The notes under the pieces are model-generated. The model worked only from the letters and a program-made list of their open reading frames with translations. It did not search any database and was not told where the DNA came from. Of a stretch of 64,000 bases of DNA, positions 44,582 through 53,828 are shown piece after piece. The number at the start of each line of letters is the position of its first letter. Within the stretch, counting starts at the first letter, position 1. This stretch comes from a virus (lineage: Duplodnaviria > Caudoviricetes), in the IMG/VR virus record IMGVR_UViG_2862784999_000001, positions 22,584-86,583 of that record; one strand, 5' to 3'. The position numbers were made by a program, and so were the translations under genes.

Positions 44582-45298
44582 TCATGCGGCGAGGTCGGCC
44601 GCGGTCAGGCTTGCGGCGAACCGTCCGCCGATGAACCGCGCGTAGGCCGGCGGGATCGCCTCGCAGACCTCGCGGATCCCGAGCGGGATGTCGCCGCCCT
44701 CCGGGACCTTGATCCACGGCATGCCCATCGCGTCACAGGCCGCGTTCTGCCACGCGCGGGAGTGCCGCCCGCCGTGGATCGACATGAACGGCCGCCCCGG
44801 GGTGGGCAGGTAGCCGTTCCGGGTGCACAGCGCCACGTGCCTCGGGTGCGCGGGCGCGGTCAGCCCCCAGTTCGTCTCGAACAGCCGGTGCCGGTACATC
44901 GGCAGGTCGAACATCGGCCCGCACAAGGTGATCGGGTCCCGCAGGTCGGACAGTGCCGGCTCCACGTTCTCGATCACGTAGGGGCGGCCCGTCGTGAGCA
45001 TCGCGTCACGCGCCGGATGGATCAGCTCCGGGTACGTCTTGTGGTTGTAGGCGTTCAGGTTCGACTTCGCCTGGCACGGCGGGGATCCGTGGACGAGGTC
45101 GAACTCGTGGCCGTGGGCGCGGATGTACTCGATCGCGTCGCCCTGGACGAACGTGAACGGGTAGTTCGGCTGCGGGGCGATGTCGACGCCGACGACCTTG
45201 AATCCGGCGAGGTGGTAGCCCATGGCCATGCCTCCGGCACAGCAGAAGGTGTCGAGGACGGTGAGTCCGTTCCAGGGGCGGTCGGGCAGGGAGCGCAT
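44582..45298 (-). CDS. short DNA cytosine methyltransferase-like protein
   Basis: LDTFCCAGG motif I, SPPCQ motif IV, IENV motif VI, RHRLFE, EAIPPAY. Confidence 0.85.
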   Translation of the reverse strand: MRSLPDRPWNGLTVLDTFCCAGGMAMGYHLAGFKVVGVDIAPQPNYPFTFVQGDAIEYIRAHGHEFDLVHGSPPCQAKSNLNAYNHKTYPELIHPARDAMLTTGRPYVIENVEPALSDLRDPITLCGPMFDLPMYRHRLFETNWGLTAPAHPRHVALCTRNGYLPTPGRPFMSIHGGRHSRAWQNAACDAMGMPWIKVPEGGDIPLGIREVCEAIPPAYARFIGGRFAASLTAADLAA

Positions 45299-45335
45299 TG
45301 CGGGGTCTCCTTGGGGTGGGCTGGGTGGAACCGGA

Positions 45336-45809
45336 TCAGGAACCGGCAGGGGCGGCGAGGGCGGTCGTGGTCGCCTTGCGGTCGGCGAGCATCCGCAGCC
45401 ACGCGGCGACCTGAGGCCCGGCCTGGACGCCGAAGAACGACACCTCCGGGGCTTCCGGGTCCGCCATGTCGGCGACCTTGTGCAGCACGTCGCTCGCGAA
45501 CGTCCCCAGTGCGAGGGCTGCATCGTCCTTCGGGGCGTCGATGCCGACGGTGGCCCGGGAGAGCAGGTACAGGGCTCCGTAGGCGTCACTGCCGGGGTCT
45601 TCGAGGTCGTAGCAGAGCGCGGCGAGAGCGGCGCGGGCCTGGACGGCGGGCGCCTCCAGCTCGCGCAGCCGGCGGACTTCGGCGACGAGGAGACGCGCGG
45701 TCTCGGCATCGACGACGCCTGACTGTCCGAGGCCGGCGAGGAACGCTTCGGTCTGTACGAGCTGGCCCTCGGTGAGCGGCTGAGCGGCGGTGCGGTCGGT
45801 CATGATCAC
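45336..45809 (-). CDS. hypothetical protein
   Basis: AAGGAG RBS; LVAEVRRLR. Confidence 0.65.
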   Translation of the reverse strand: MIMTDRTAAQPLTEGQLVQTEAFLAGLGQSGVVDAETARLLVAEVRRLRELEAPAVQARAALAALCYDLEDPGSDAYGALYLLSRATVGIDAPKDDAALALGTFASDVLHKVADMADPEAPEVSFFGVQAGPQVAAWLRMLADRKATTTALAAPAGS

Positions 45810-45861
45810 TCCTTGTTGACGGTGCTGTCAGGGTGTGCGCGGTCAGACGTGTGCCGGGCCG

Positions 45862-46161
45862 TCAGGCGGGCTGAGGCTTGTGGGCGTCGCACTCCCAGTT
45901 CGCGCCGATGTGGTCGCGGTAGTGCTGCATGGTGATCAGCTCGGTCCTGCCGACGGTGATCCCTTCGCGCTCGGCTGCGGCCTGCTCGCGCTTGCCCTTG
46001 TTGAGGTGCTCGTGGGCCTGCTGCGCGGTGGCGACGACGCGGCTGCCGGAGACGGCGACGAGCGCAGCGACGATGCAGCCGCAGGGGCGGCGCTGGATCC
46101 ATCCGCAGTCATCGAGCGGGACGGGCTGATCGTTGACGGTGACAGTGAGTCCGGTGGTCAT
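45862..46161 (-). CDS. hypothetical protein
   Basis: AGGAG RBS; PCGC motif. Confidence 0.6.
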   Translation of the reverse strand: MTTGLTVTVNDQPVPLDDCGWIQRRPCGCIVAALVAVSGSRVVATAQQAHEHLNKGKREQAAAEREGITVGRTELITMQHYRDHIGANWECDAHKPQPA

Positions 46162-46358
46162 GGTGTGGCTCCTATGCGGCGTCGTGGGGTGCGCGGGCGT
46201 GGGGTGGGTGGTTGAGGCTGGAAGCCCTGTGCGGCTCTCAGGGGCGCTGGAACGGGTTCGGCGGACCCGGACGGCCCCGGACGGCTCAACGGCCGCCACA
46301 GGCCCGGCGTGGGGCGCGCACAGGGCAGGCGCGCCAGGTAGCCGAGATCCGGTCCCCC

Positions 46359-47306
46359 TCACGCCGCCACCGCCAACCGGGCTGCCGGCGCCGCGACAGC
46401 GGCAACAAGGACGGCGGCCAGCGGCGGCGGGACGGCGTTGCCGACGGTCATGTGGCGTTGCCCCGCGTTGCCGTGGAACCGCAGGCCGGGCCGGAACCCC
46501 TGCAGGGCCGCGCACTCTTCGACGGTGGGCCGCAGATGGTGCACGCCCTCCCGCTCCCGCCAGGCCGGGGTGCCGATGTGGCGTTTCATCGCCTGCCGGG
46601 TGCCGTTGCCGAACGGTTCGGCGCCGCCCGTGTACGTGCCGCCGCCGGTCACCGACGGGGCGGGCCGCCGGGTGTAGCCCCAGCCGATGACGTCGGCCAT
46701 GGCCGTCAACGTCGGCTGGCCGAGTCCGCCGTGGGTGGGTGCGGGGATGACGGCGTCGCGGCTGCGGGAGGCGATGAGGACGGCCCGCTTGCGGTGCTGG
46801 CCCAGCCCGTAGCCGGCGGCGTCGACGACGGCCGCATCGGTGCTGTAGCCCCAGCCGTCCAGGATGCCGGCGTACTGCTGCCAGACGGGGAGCACGGACG
46901 GGACTTGCTCCATGCAGATCCAGTCGGGCATCAGGTCGTACATCCACCGCATCGGCTCCGCCGTCAGGATCGACCGCCCGTCGAGACAGGCCGCGCCGAT
47001 CGCAGCCCGGGTGTCTTTGCCGCGGGACAGGTCTTCGATCGCCTGGTGCACGCGGGGCAGATCTTGCAGGCCGAGCTTCTTCCCGGACTTGTTGAAGCCG
47101 GGGCAGGGCGGGGAAGCGATGTGCCCGCTGGTGCGGCCCTTGAACGGCCACGTCGGGTACTGGGTGACGTCGCAGCGCACCGTCCGGTGCCCGGCATCCA
47201 TGCGGGTGCGGCATGCGGCGGCGTCCAGTTCGAAGCCGATGTCGGTGAGGCCGAGCGCCGGGAGGGCTTCGGACCAGCCGATGCCGGCGAACGTGTGCGG
47301 GATCAC
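46359..47306 (-). CDS. C5 DNA cytosine methyltransferase
   Basis: FAG.G motif I, SPPC, EQV, YGLGQHRKRA, ECAALQGF, VGNAVPP. Confidence 0.9.
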   Translation of the reverse strand: MIPHTFAGIGWSEALPALGLTDIGFELDAAACRTRMDAGHRTVRCDVTQYPTWPFKGRTSGHIASPPCPGFNKSGKKLGLQDLPRVHQAIEDLSRGKDTRAAIGAACLDGRSILTAEPMRWMYDLMPDWICMEQVPSVLPVWQQYAGILDGWGYSTDAAVVDAAGYGLGQHRKRAVLIASRSRDAVIPAPTHGGLGQPTLTAMADVIGWGYTRRPAPSVTGGGTYTGGAEPFGNGTRQAMKRHIGTPAWREREGVHHLRPTVEECAALQGFRPGLRFHGNAGQRHMTVGNAVPPPLAAVLVAAVAAPAARLAVAA

Positions 47307-47539
47307 GCGGCCACCGTCCGGTGCTGCTCGGGCAGGTCGGCGTCGCAGTAGAAGCCGATGCTCAGGTGCATGCCGTGGTCTTCGACGACCCTCCACACCG
47401 CGGTCGCGGTGCAGGCGGGCCGGCCATCCTGCTGGCGCTGGTGGTTGGTGGTGCAGTCGGCGAAGTCGCTGTAGTCGGGCAGCAGCCAGCCGCGGGTGTT
47501 GTGGCGGATACGGGCGGTCGGCTTGCGGCGGCGGGTCAT
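47303..47539 (-). CDS. hypothetical protein
   Basis: 78-aa coupled ORF. Confidence 0.55.
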   Translation of the reverse strand: MTRRRKPTARIRHNTRGWLLPDYSDFADCTTNHQRQQDGRPACTATAVWRVVEDHGMHLSIGFYCDADLPEQHRTVAA

Positions 47540-47730
47540 GCGGCTTCTCCCTGCTGGCGGCGGCGCTCGGCGGCGCGGTGGACTTCGGAGTAGGCCGACA
47601 GGAGTCGGCTGGTGGCCCAGCGGTGCCCGCAGTTAGGGCACTGGTAGCCGTGGACGATCGCGTCGCCGCGGCGCTTCTCGGCTGCCGGGGCTATACCGCG
47701 ACGGCAGCCGTTGGGGCAGGAGTCGGTCAT
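47536..47730 (-). CDS. small zinc-ribbon protein
   Basis: CPNGC...YQCPNCGHRW. Confidence 0.65.
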   Translation of the reverse strand: MTDSCPNGCRRGIAPAAEKRRGDAIVHGYQCPNCGHRWATSRLLSAYSEVHRAAERRRQQGEAA

Positions 47731-49085
47731 GTCTGCGCCATGTCGACGAAGCGGCTGTAGTGGCCCTGGAAGGCGGTGGTGATCGTCGCGGTGGGGCCGC
47801 CGCGGTTCTTGGCGACGATGAAGTCGGCCTCACCGGCGCGCGGGCTTTCGCGGTCGTAGGCGTCCTCGCGGTGGAGGAGGATCACCATGTTGGCGTCCTG
47901 CTCGATCGCTCCGGACTCGCGCAGGTCGGACAACAGCGGCTTCTTGTCGGTGCGCTGTTCGGCGCCGCGGTTGAGCTGCGACATGGCGATCACGGGGACG
48001 TGGAGTTCGGCGGCGAGCTTCTTCAGGCTGCGGCTGATCTTCGCGACTTCCTGCTGCCGGTTCTCGCTGCGCCCGCTCATCTCGCCCTCCATGAGCTGGA
48101 GGTAGTCGATGACGACGAGGCGCAGGTCCCGCTTGCGTTTGATGCGGCGACAGTGGGAGCGGATCTTCGTCAGGGTGAGGCCGGCGTCGTCGACGATGTC
48201 GAGCGGCGCCTGGTTGATCATCGGCCAGGCCTTCGCGAGGCGCGTCCAGTCGTCGTCGGTCATGCCGTTCTGGCTCTGCAGGTGGTGCAGGGCGACGCGG
48301 GCCTGAGCGGACGCGATCTTCATCTTCAGTTCGGTGCGGGACATCTCCAGGCTGAAGAACACGGCCGGGAGGCCTTCGACGATCGTCGCGTGGCGGACGA
48401 TGTCCGTGCCCAGGGTGGACTTCCCGATGGCGGGCCGGGCTGCGATGACGATGAGCTGGCCGGGCTGAAGTCCGTTGGTGAGGGTGTCGAAGTCCGTGAA
48501 CCCGGTCTTCACGCCGCGGGCCGGCCCGTTCTTCTGGAGGTGCTCCAGATGCTCCAGGAAGTCTTCGCCGTCGGAGCCGATGAGGGTGTCCTCGTCGCCG
48601 CTGGCGGTGTCGTCGACGATGCCGTCGACTTCGGCGCGCAGATCGTCGAGGAGTTCCCCGGTCTCGGCGGTGCCGTCGGCGATGACGTGCAGGGTGCGGG
48701 TGCACGCCGATTGCAGGTTCCGCAGGACGGCCTTCTCGCGGACGATCCCGGCGTAGTACTCGCCGTGTGCGGCGCTGGGCGCTTGCTGGACGAGGTGGTG
48801 CAGGTACGGGACGCCGCCGATACGGGTCAGGTCGCCGGTCTTGGCGAGGTCGTCGGCGAGGACGATCGGGTCGACGGGTTCGTCGAGGAGGTAGCGGGAG
48901 ACGATCGCGGCGAAGACGGTCTGGTGGGCGGGCCGGAAGAAGTCGGCCGGGTTCTTGATGATCTCGGTGACGTCGGCGATCGCGTCGCGGGACAACAGCA
49001 TCGAGGAGAGGGTGGCCAGTTCGGCAGGCAGGTCGTGCGGGGCGAGGGTCTCGCGCTGCTCGGGCTCGAAGTCGTCGTGGGTCAC
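47727..49085 (-). CDS. dnaB: replicative DNA helicase
   Basis: GTG at 49085; PHDLPAE, AARPAIGKST, FSLEM, IDYLQL, SQLNR, DLRESGAIEQDA, AKNRGG. Confidence 0.95.
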   Translation of the reverse strand: MTHDDFEPEQRETLAPHDLPAELATLSSMLLSRDAIADVTEIIKNPADFFRPAHQTVFAAIVSRYLLDEPVDPIVLADDLAKTGDLTRIGGVPYLHHLVQQAPSAAHGEYYAGIVREKAVLRNLQSACTRTLHVIADGTAETGELLDDLRAEVDGIVDDTASGDEDTLIGSDGEDFLEHLEHLQKNGPARGVKTGFTDFDTLTNGLQPGQLIVIAARPAIGKSTLGTDIVRHATIVEGLPAVFFSLEMSRTELKMKIASAQARVALHHLQSQNGMTDDDWTRLAKAWPMINQAPLDIVDDAGLTLTKIRSHCRRIKRKRDLRLVVIDYLQLMEGEMSGRSENRQQEVAKISRSLKKLAAELHVPVIAMSQLNRGAEQRTDKKPLLSDLRESGAIEQDANMVILLHREDAYDRESPRAGEADFIVAKNRGGPTATITTAFQGHYSRFVDMAQT

Positions 49086-49663
49086 TGGGTGCCGCCCTTC
49101 CTGCGGTCGTCTCCGGTGAAGCGGGCCACGGTGGCGCCGTCGCCGATGCGGGATGCGGCGCGGTCTCCGAGGACGTTGCGGAGTTCGGCGGTGGTCAGGT
49201 TCGTGGCGATGACCGTCGGCCGCCGGTTCTGCCAGCGGCTGTCGATGAGCTCGCTGATGGCGTCGGCGGTCCAGTCGTTGACGGCGCGGGCGCCGAGGTC
49301 GTCGATGGCGTACAGGTCGGCCTCGCGCCATCTGGTGAGGGCTTCGTGGTCGACGGGCCGGTCGGTGGCGACCTTGACGTCGTAGGTGGTGGCGATGCGG
49401 AACAGGCCGCGCCAGCCGCGGCGGATGAGGGTCTCGTTGAGCTTCCACAGGTGCCACGTCTTCGTGGTGCCGATCTCGCCGGTGAGGATGAGCGAGCCGT
49501 GGCGGCCGTCGAGGTAGCCGTCCATCCAGGCGTGGACGTCGCGGCGGAGGGTGCCGGGCTCGTCGAAGGCGGCGGGCCGGCGGTCGAGGAAGGTCTTGAG
49601 GCGGTTGGCGACGGCTTCGGCTTGGGCTTCGGCCCGCCAGGCGTCGTGGTCGGTGGTGGTCAT
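49082..49663 (-). CDS. DnaC/IstB-like helicase loader ATPase
   Basis: GEIGTTKT Walker A variant, IDDLG, ID.RW...PT...TNL, GDRAASR, F.GDDRR. Confidence 0.85.
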   Translation of the reverse strand: MTTTDHDAWRAEAQAEAVANRLKTFLDRRPAAFDEPGTLRRDVHAWMDGYLDGRHGSLILTGEIGTTKTWHLWKLNETLIRRGWRGLFRIATTYDVKVATDRPVDHEALTRWREADLYAIDDLGARAVNDWTADAISELIDSRWQNRRPTVIATNLTTAELRNVLGDRAASRIGDGATVARFTGDDRRKGGTQ

Positions 49664-50727
49664 GATGCGAACAGGTCCTCGACTTTCGAGTTCGTGTAGT
49701 CGTCGGCGGTGTGTGTGTCGGCGCGGGACCCGGTTCCGGCGACAGAGCGCAGCTGGGGGCGGGTGGCGCGCTCGGAGGCGTACTTGGCGGAGCGGCGGAT
49801 CCACTTCTGCCATTCGGCGGGCCAGTTGGGGCGGCGGACGCATTGGGCACGGAAGTGGTCGACGAACTGTGCGGTCTCGTAGTCGATGTCGAGTCCGGGG
49901 CCGAAGGTGTCGAGGGCCCAGCGGCGCATCGAGTCGGTGAGTGCGAAGCCGTCGATGTCGATGGGGGCGTCGCCGTCAGGCGACGAGGGGGTCGGCTCGC
50001 TACTACCTGAGGTCTTCTCCCCCACCTCAACCACCACGGGGTTTGGGGCAGGGGCAGGGGTAGGGGCAGGGGCAGGGGCAGGGGAATGCGCGTGTGGCGC
50101 GCGCCCGCGCCCGCGCGTAGAGCCTTTCGGACCCCCTTCGGCAGGGGGCTGCGAAGGGGTATCGGAGGGGGTTCCCGAAGGGGCTTTGGAGGGGGTTGCC
50201 GAACCCCTTCGGGACGGGTCCGGGTCGGGGGTGCCGAACGCCTTGCGGAGGGTGCTGATGTGGATGACGACTTGCTGGCGAATGGACGGGCCGTCCTGCC
50301 CCTTGTACTTGGTCGGCTCGTCGTTGAGTTCGTCCAGCGGAATGCGGTCCATCTCGGCGAGCAGGGCGGCCTGGAGGCGGGGTGAGGAGATTTCGAGGGC
50401 GCCGGAGACCATGGCGCCCATGACCTTCGGCATGCGCCAGACGCCGTCGTTGCGGACGAAGGAGCGGATGAGCAGTTCTTCGGTGTCGTCATCCATGACG
50501 ACGAAGTGGGTCTCTTCCAGGCGCTGGAGCAGCTTCTCCAGTTCGGCAGAAGTGAGCCCGCGGGCCTTGCGGGACCAGCGCCGCAGCGTCAGGTCGAGCA
50601 GGCCGGCGTGGTTGAGGTTCGGCTGCGAGATGAGGAACAGGTAGAGGCGCTGCTCCTTCTCGTCGAGCGCGAGAAAGTCGGGGTCCTCCCAGATGCTGGT
50701 GAGAATCCGACCGTGTCCACGGGCCAT
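49660..50727 (-). CDS. phage replication initiator protein
   Basis: IWEDPDF..L....QRLYL.L.SQP N-terminus; low-complexity linker; F.DHF...W...WIRR C-terminus; upstream of loader and helicase. Confidence 0.8.
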   Translation of the reverse strand: MARGHGRILTSIWEDPDFLALDEKEQRLYLFLISQPNLNHAGLLDLTLRRWSRKARGLTSAELEKLLQRLEETHFVVMDDDTEELLIRSFVRNDGVWRMPKVMGAMVSGALEISSPRLQAALLAEMDRIPLDELNDEPTKYKGQDGPSIRQQVVIHISTLRKAFGTPDPDPSRRGSATPSKAPSGTPSDTPSQPPAEGGPKGSTRGRGRAPHAHSPAPAPAPTPAPAPNPVVVEVGEKTSGSSEPTPSSPDGDAPIDIDGFALTDSMRRWALDTFGPGLDIDYETAQFVDHFRAQCVRRPNWPAEWQKWIRRSAKYASERATRPQLRSVAGTGSRADTHTADDYTNSKVEDLFAS

Positions 50728-50943
50728 GAGTAGGTGTCCTTCATAGAGTGCTGGTTTGGGGGCTTTCGGGCGCTCGGAACCAAGCCCTTACGGCGGCCTT
50801 GTTTGTCGTCCTCGTGCCGCCGTGGCACAGCAGCAGCTTACCTCGGGGTGTGTAGGCACATGCAATACGAGAGCAATACATGTTGCGCGACTTCCGCCAC
50901 CGCCGGGGTGTGTTGCTCCTGCACAGTCAGCTACGCTGTCGAC

Positions 50944-51162
50944 ATGACGACGAGAGGGACGCCCGGCCGGATGATCCGCATCGACGACGAGATGTGGGAG
51001 CTCTACGGCCAGCTCTGCGCGGAGGAAGGCACCACGCGCACCGACGAACTGCGTCGTCACATCCACTCTCGGGTCCGCGCCTACTGCAAGGCGAAGGGAC
51101 TCGAGCCGCCCAAGCCGAGGCTCATCGTGCGCCGCAAGAAGCCGGCCGCAGACTCCGACTGA
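50944..51162 (+). CDS. ribbon-helix-helix (ParG/CopG-like) repressor
   Basis: TPGRMIRIDDEMW...CAEEGTTRTDELRRHI; TACGCT -10 box 6 nt before ATG; terminator hairpin about 51188-51210. Confidence 0.75.
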   Translation: MTTRGTPGRMIRIDDEMWELYGQLCAEEGTTRTDELRRHIHSRVRAYCKAKGLEPPKPRLIVRRKKPAADSD

Positions 51163-51221
51163 CATCGGCCCCTCCCCTCTCTCCTCCGGCCCCGCTTCGG
51201 CGGGGCTTCGTCATGTCCGGG

Positions 51222-51638
51222 CTAGGCGGCTTGGCTGCCGAAGATCGCGGCGTATTGGTCGCGCATGGGCTGGTCTTCGACGTGCCGCGGGTGGACGCAT
51301 CGCGCGACGCCGCAGCCCGGCTTGACGGATCCGACGGGTTCGCGCTGCCAGCCGAGGGTGAAGGCGATCCGGTAGGCGGACTGCCGTGCCCCTTCGTGGC
51401 CGACCCGAAGTGCGGTGGTGGTGTACGGCCAGAGCAGGTGCCCGTCGGTTGTGGGTGCTGCTCGCCGCCAGAACAGGTCTTCGTGCGTGGAGCGGCTCGG
51501 GCCGGGCTTGTGTGGCGGGAGTGCGAGCAGGGCGCGGATCTCGCCGACGGTCTCGGTGCGGACGTGGACCTGTCGGGCTATCGCACGGTCGCTGTAGCCG
51601 GCGCGCAGGAGTTCTTCGATGGCTGCTCGGGTGCTCAT
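51222..51638 (-). CDS. HTH plus degenerate HNH-like protein
   Basis: GYSDRAIARQ HTH; AYRIAF...CG...CV.P.H. Confidence 0.65.
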   Translation of the reverse strand: MSTRAAIEELLRAGYSDRAIARQVHVRTETVGEIRALLALPPHKPGPSRSTHEDLFWRRAAPTTDGHLLWPYTTTALRVGHEGARQSAYRIAFTLGWQREPVGSVKPGCGVARCVHPRHVEDQPMRDQYAAIFGSQAA

Positions 51639-52048
51639 GCCGCGGCCTCCAACTGCTGCCGCTTGGCCGCCCATCGCTGCTGCTGAAGGTGGTTGGCGCA
51701 GAGTCCGCGTCCGGCGGCAGCCGACTTGCAGCCGCCCCGGGCGCACAGCTGGTCGGCGGGGAGCATGCCGGCTTCGGCTTCCCAGTCCTTGATGCGCCGC
51801 TCGTAGACGTTGAGGCGGACGGAGACGGCGTGCCGTTCGACGTCGTGGCGGCGCAGCCAGAGTGCGGCTTCGCGAAGTTCGTCGGGGTTGAGCGGCGGGA
51901 GGGGGTGGCCGCCGTTGAGGACGCGTTCGACGGCGTACCAGTCGATCCGGTAGGTGCTGAACTCGGTCTCCTTGACGGGCGGCACGAACCGGGCGTCCCG
52001 GCCGCGGGCGATCTCGGCGATGAAGGGTCGTTCTCGCATCTCAGGCAC
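51635..52048 (-). CDS. HTH plus zinc-finger protein
   Basis: IDWYAVERVLNG; C...GC......GLC..H. Confidence 0.6.
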   Translation of the reverse strand: MPEMRERPFIAEIARGRDARFVPPVKETEFSTYRIDWYAVERVLNGGHPLPPLNPDELREAALWLRRHDVERHAVSVRLNVYERRIKDWEAEAGMLPADQLCARGGCKSAAAGRGLCANHLQQQRWAAKRQQLEAAA

Positions 52049-52316
52049 GGGGGTCCTCCGTCTCGTGGTTGTCGGGGTCGTTGGCGTACCGCTCAAGGAG
52101 CTGGAGGCTGTGCACGGTCTGGCCGCGCCGTTCGACCCGCCGTTCGTGCCGGTCGAGGAGGATGCCGATCAGCAGCCAGGCGCAGAGGATGGCGAGCGTG
52201 CCGACGGCGATCACGGCCCAAATCCCGTAGACGGCGACGAGGTTGATGAACCAGTCGGCGGCGGGGTGCAGGCTGCTTCCGGCGTTCCGGTAGGCGTCGA
52301 CCTGTTCGGGGCTCAT
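52041..52316 (-). CDS. membrane protein
   Basis: AGGAGG RBS; one TM segment. Confidence 0.55.
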   Translation of the reverse strand: MSPEQVDAYRNAGSSLHPAADWFINLVAVYGIWAVIAVGTLAILCAWLLIGILLDRHERRVERRGQTVHSLQLLERYANDPDNHETEDPRA

Positions 52317-52407
52317 GTCCGCCTCCTGTTGCGGCGGTCGATGATCGCGGCGGTGACGGCGACGATCGACAGGAGCAGGCCCGCGGCGCCGAAGATGAGG
52401 GAAAGCA

Positions 52408-52746
52408 TCAGGCGGCCTCCGCCCGGTCGGCGGCGGTGCGGCGCCGGTAGACGGCTATCGAGTGACCCTTGGTGGCGGGCGCCGTGGACGGCACGTAGGT
52501 GCGGGTGTGGATCAGGTAGTTGTGGCCCATCCCCCGCAACACGCCCGGCAGGACACCACCGGCGACCTCAGGCAGCTGGTCGCGGAGGTCGTTGGCGGAG
52601 ACGGTGTCGTGGTCGCGCATCCAGATGAGGACGGCCTGCGCGACAACTTGGCGGTCCCAGTCGGAGGCCTGCCGCACGAGCTGGGCGAGCGTCTTGTCGC
52701 GGACGTCAGCAGCGACCTGCTCGGCGAGAGTGACCCGGCGGCTCAT
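52408..52746 (-). CDS. hypothetical protein
   Basis: SANDLR..LP...YVPST...T.GH.I.VY. Confidence 0.65.
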   Translation of the reverse strand: MSRRVTLAEQVAADVRDKTLAQLVRQASDWDRQVVAQAVLIWMRDHDTVSANDLRDQLPEVAGGVLPGVLRGMGHNYLIHTRTYVPSTAPATKGHSIAVYRRRTAADRAEAA

Positions 52747-52964
52747 GACGTGCGTCCCTTGTGCTTCGTGGCGGCGACGTCCGACCAGGCCTTCATCTCG
52801 GCGAGCAACTGGGAGCGGGTCGCCGGGATGGCGGTGGCCGCCGCGAGGGCGAGCGTGGCGTGGATCTGGGCCGCGGCCAGGCAGTCTTGCCGCTTCTGCT
52901 GCGGCGAGGCCTTCGCGAGCTCAATCAGTCGTTCAGACTCGGAGTAGTGCTCGGGTCCTGTCAC
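52743..52964 (-). CDS. hypothetical protein
   Basis: TGPEHY..SERL...AQIHATLALAAATA; AAGGAG RBS. Confidence 0.65.
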   Translation of the reverse strand: MTGPEHYSESERLIELAKASPQQKRQDCLAAAQIHATLALAAATAIPATRSQLLAEMKAWSDVAATKHKGRTS

Positions 52965-53032
52965 GGCGTGGTCTCCTTGAGTGGTGGCGACCGGCCGCAT
53001 TACGGGTGCGGCCGGCCGCCGAATCGGGTGGG

Positions 53033-53818
53033 TTACTGCTTGGGCGCGGGCTCGGGCTGCTGCTGCGTTTCGGGCTCGGTGTTCAGCCAGTGCAGGAGCG
53101 GGCCGGCGACGTCGCGTGCTCCCTGCGGGCGCGGGATGACCTTGCGGGTCAGCTCCGGGCAACGGGACTTGAGGACTTCGAGGGTGTTGTCGATGTCCAT
53201 CGCGACGGCGACGTCGAACTCGTACTCGATGCCCTTGCGCTGCTCCGGCCGGGTGCCGACCTGCTTCGGCTTGCCGTTCTCCAGCACCCACTCCGTGTAG
53301 GAGCGCATCGAGGCGACGACGTGGCCGGGGTAGGCGAGGATCGCGGCGACCATGTCGTTCTGCATGGGGGTGCCGTCTTTCCACCCGGCGAACTTGTTGC
53401 CGCCGTACTTCGCCTTCGCCTTCTCAACCTGGTCGAGGGTGCCGTCGGTGCCCTTCCAAAAGTGGGAGAGAGAGTCGACGAACACCGTCGGGTAGCCAGA
53501 CTGGGCGGCGGCGTCGAGGGCGCGGGCGAGGTCGCGGGGGTCGTAGCGCTCCATGGCGAGGGTGTCGAACTGGATGCCGCCGACACCGGCGTAGAGGCTG
53601 GCGGCGCCCCTCTCGGTGTCGATGACGGCGAACCGGCGGCCCGCGGACAGGCCGTGGCAAATGCTGAGGCCGGTCCACGTCTTGCCGGAGCCGGACAGTC
53701 CCTGGATAGACAGGCGGGCCTTGCGGCCGGCCTTGCTGGCGGGGGCGAACGAGAACTGCGGGGAGTCGTCGGCCGCGGGGCGGGGCGCGGAGCGGACGGG
53801 CTGGCCGAGCTGGGACAT
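53033..53818 (-). CDS. AAA_24/Sak4-like recombination ATPase
   Basis: GLSGSGKT Walker A, IDTE, VDSLSHFW, EYEFD. Confidence 0.85.
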   Translation of the reverse strand: MSQLGQPVRSAPRPAADDSPQFSFAPASKAGRKARLSIQGLSGSGKTWTGLSICHGLSAGRRFAVIDTERGAASLYAGVGGIQFDTLAMERYDPRDLARALDAAAQSGYPTVFVDSLSHFWKGTDGTLDQVEKAKAKYGGNKFAGWKDGTPMQNDMVAAILAYPGHVVASMRSYTEWVLENGKPKQVGTRPEQRKGIEYEFDVAVAMDIDNTLEVLKSRCPELTRKVIPRPQGARDVAGPLLHWLNTEPETQQQPEPAPKQ

Positions 53819-53828
53819 TCGGTGTCTC

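Noticed and set aside
47727-50492. 921-aa DnaB with a large extension or intein
   Set aside because: The extension overlaps the loader and initiator genes in another frame; true start is 49085 and the helicase motifs are contiguous with no intein.
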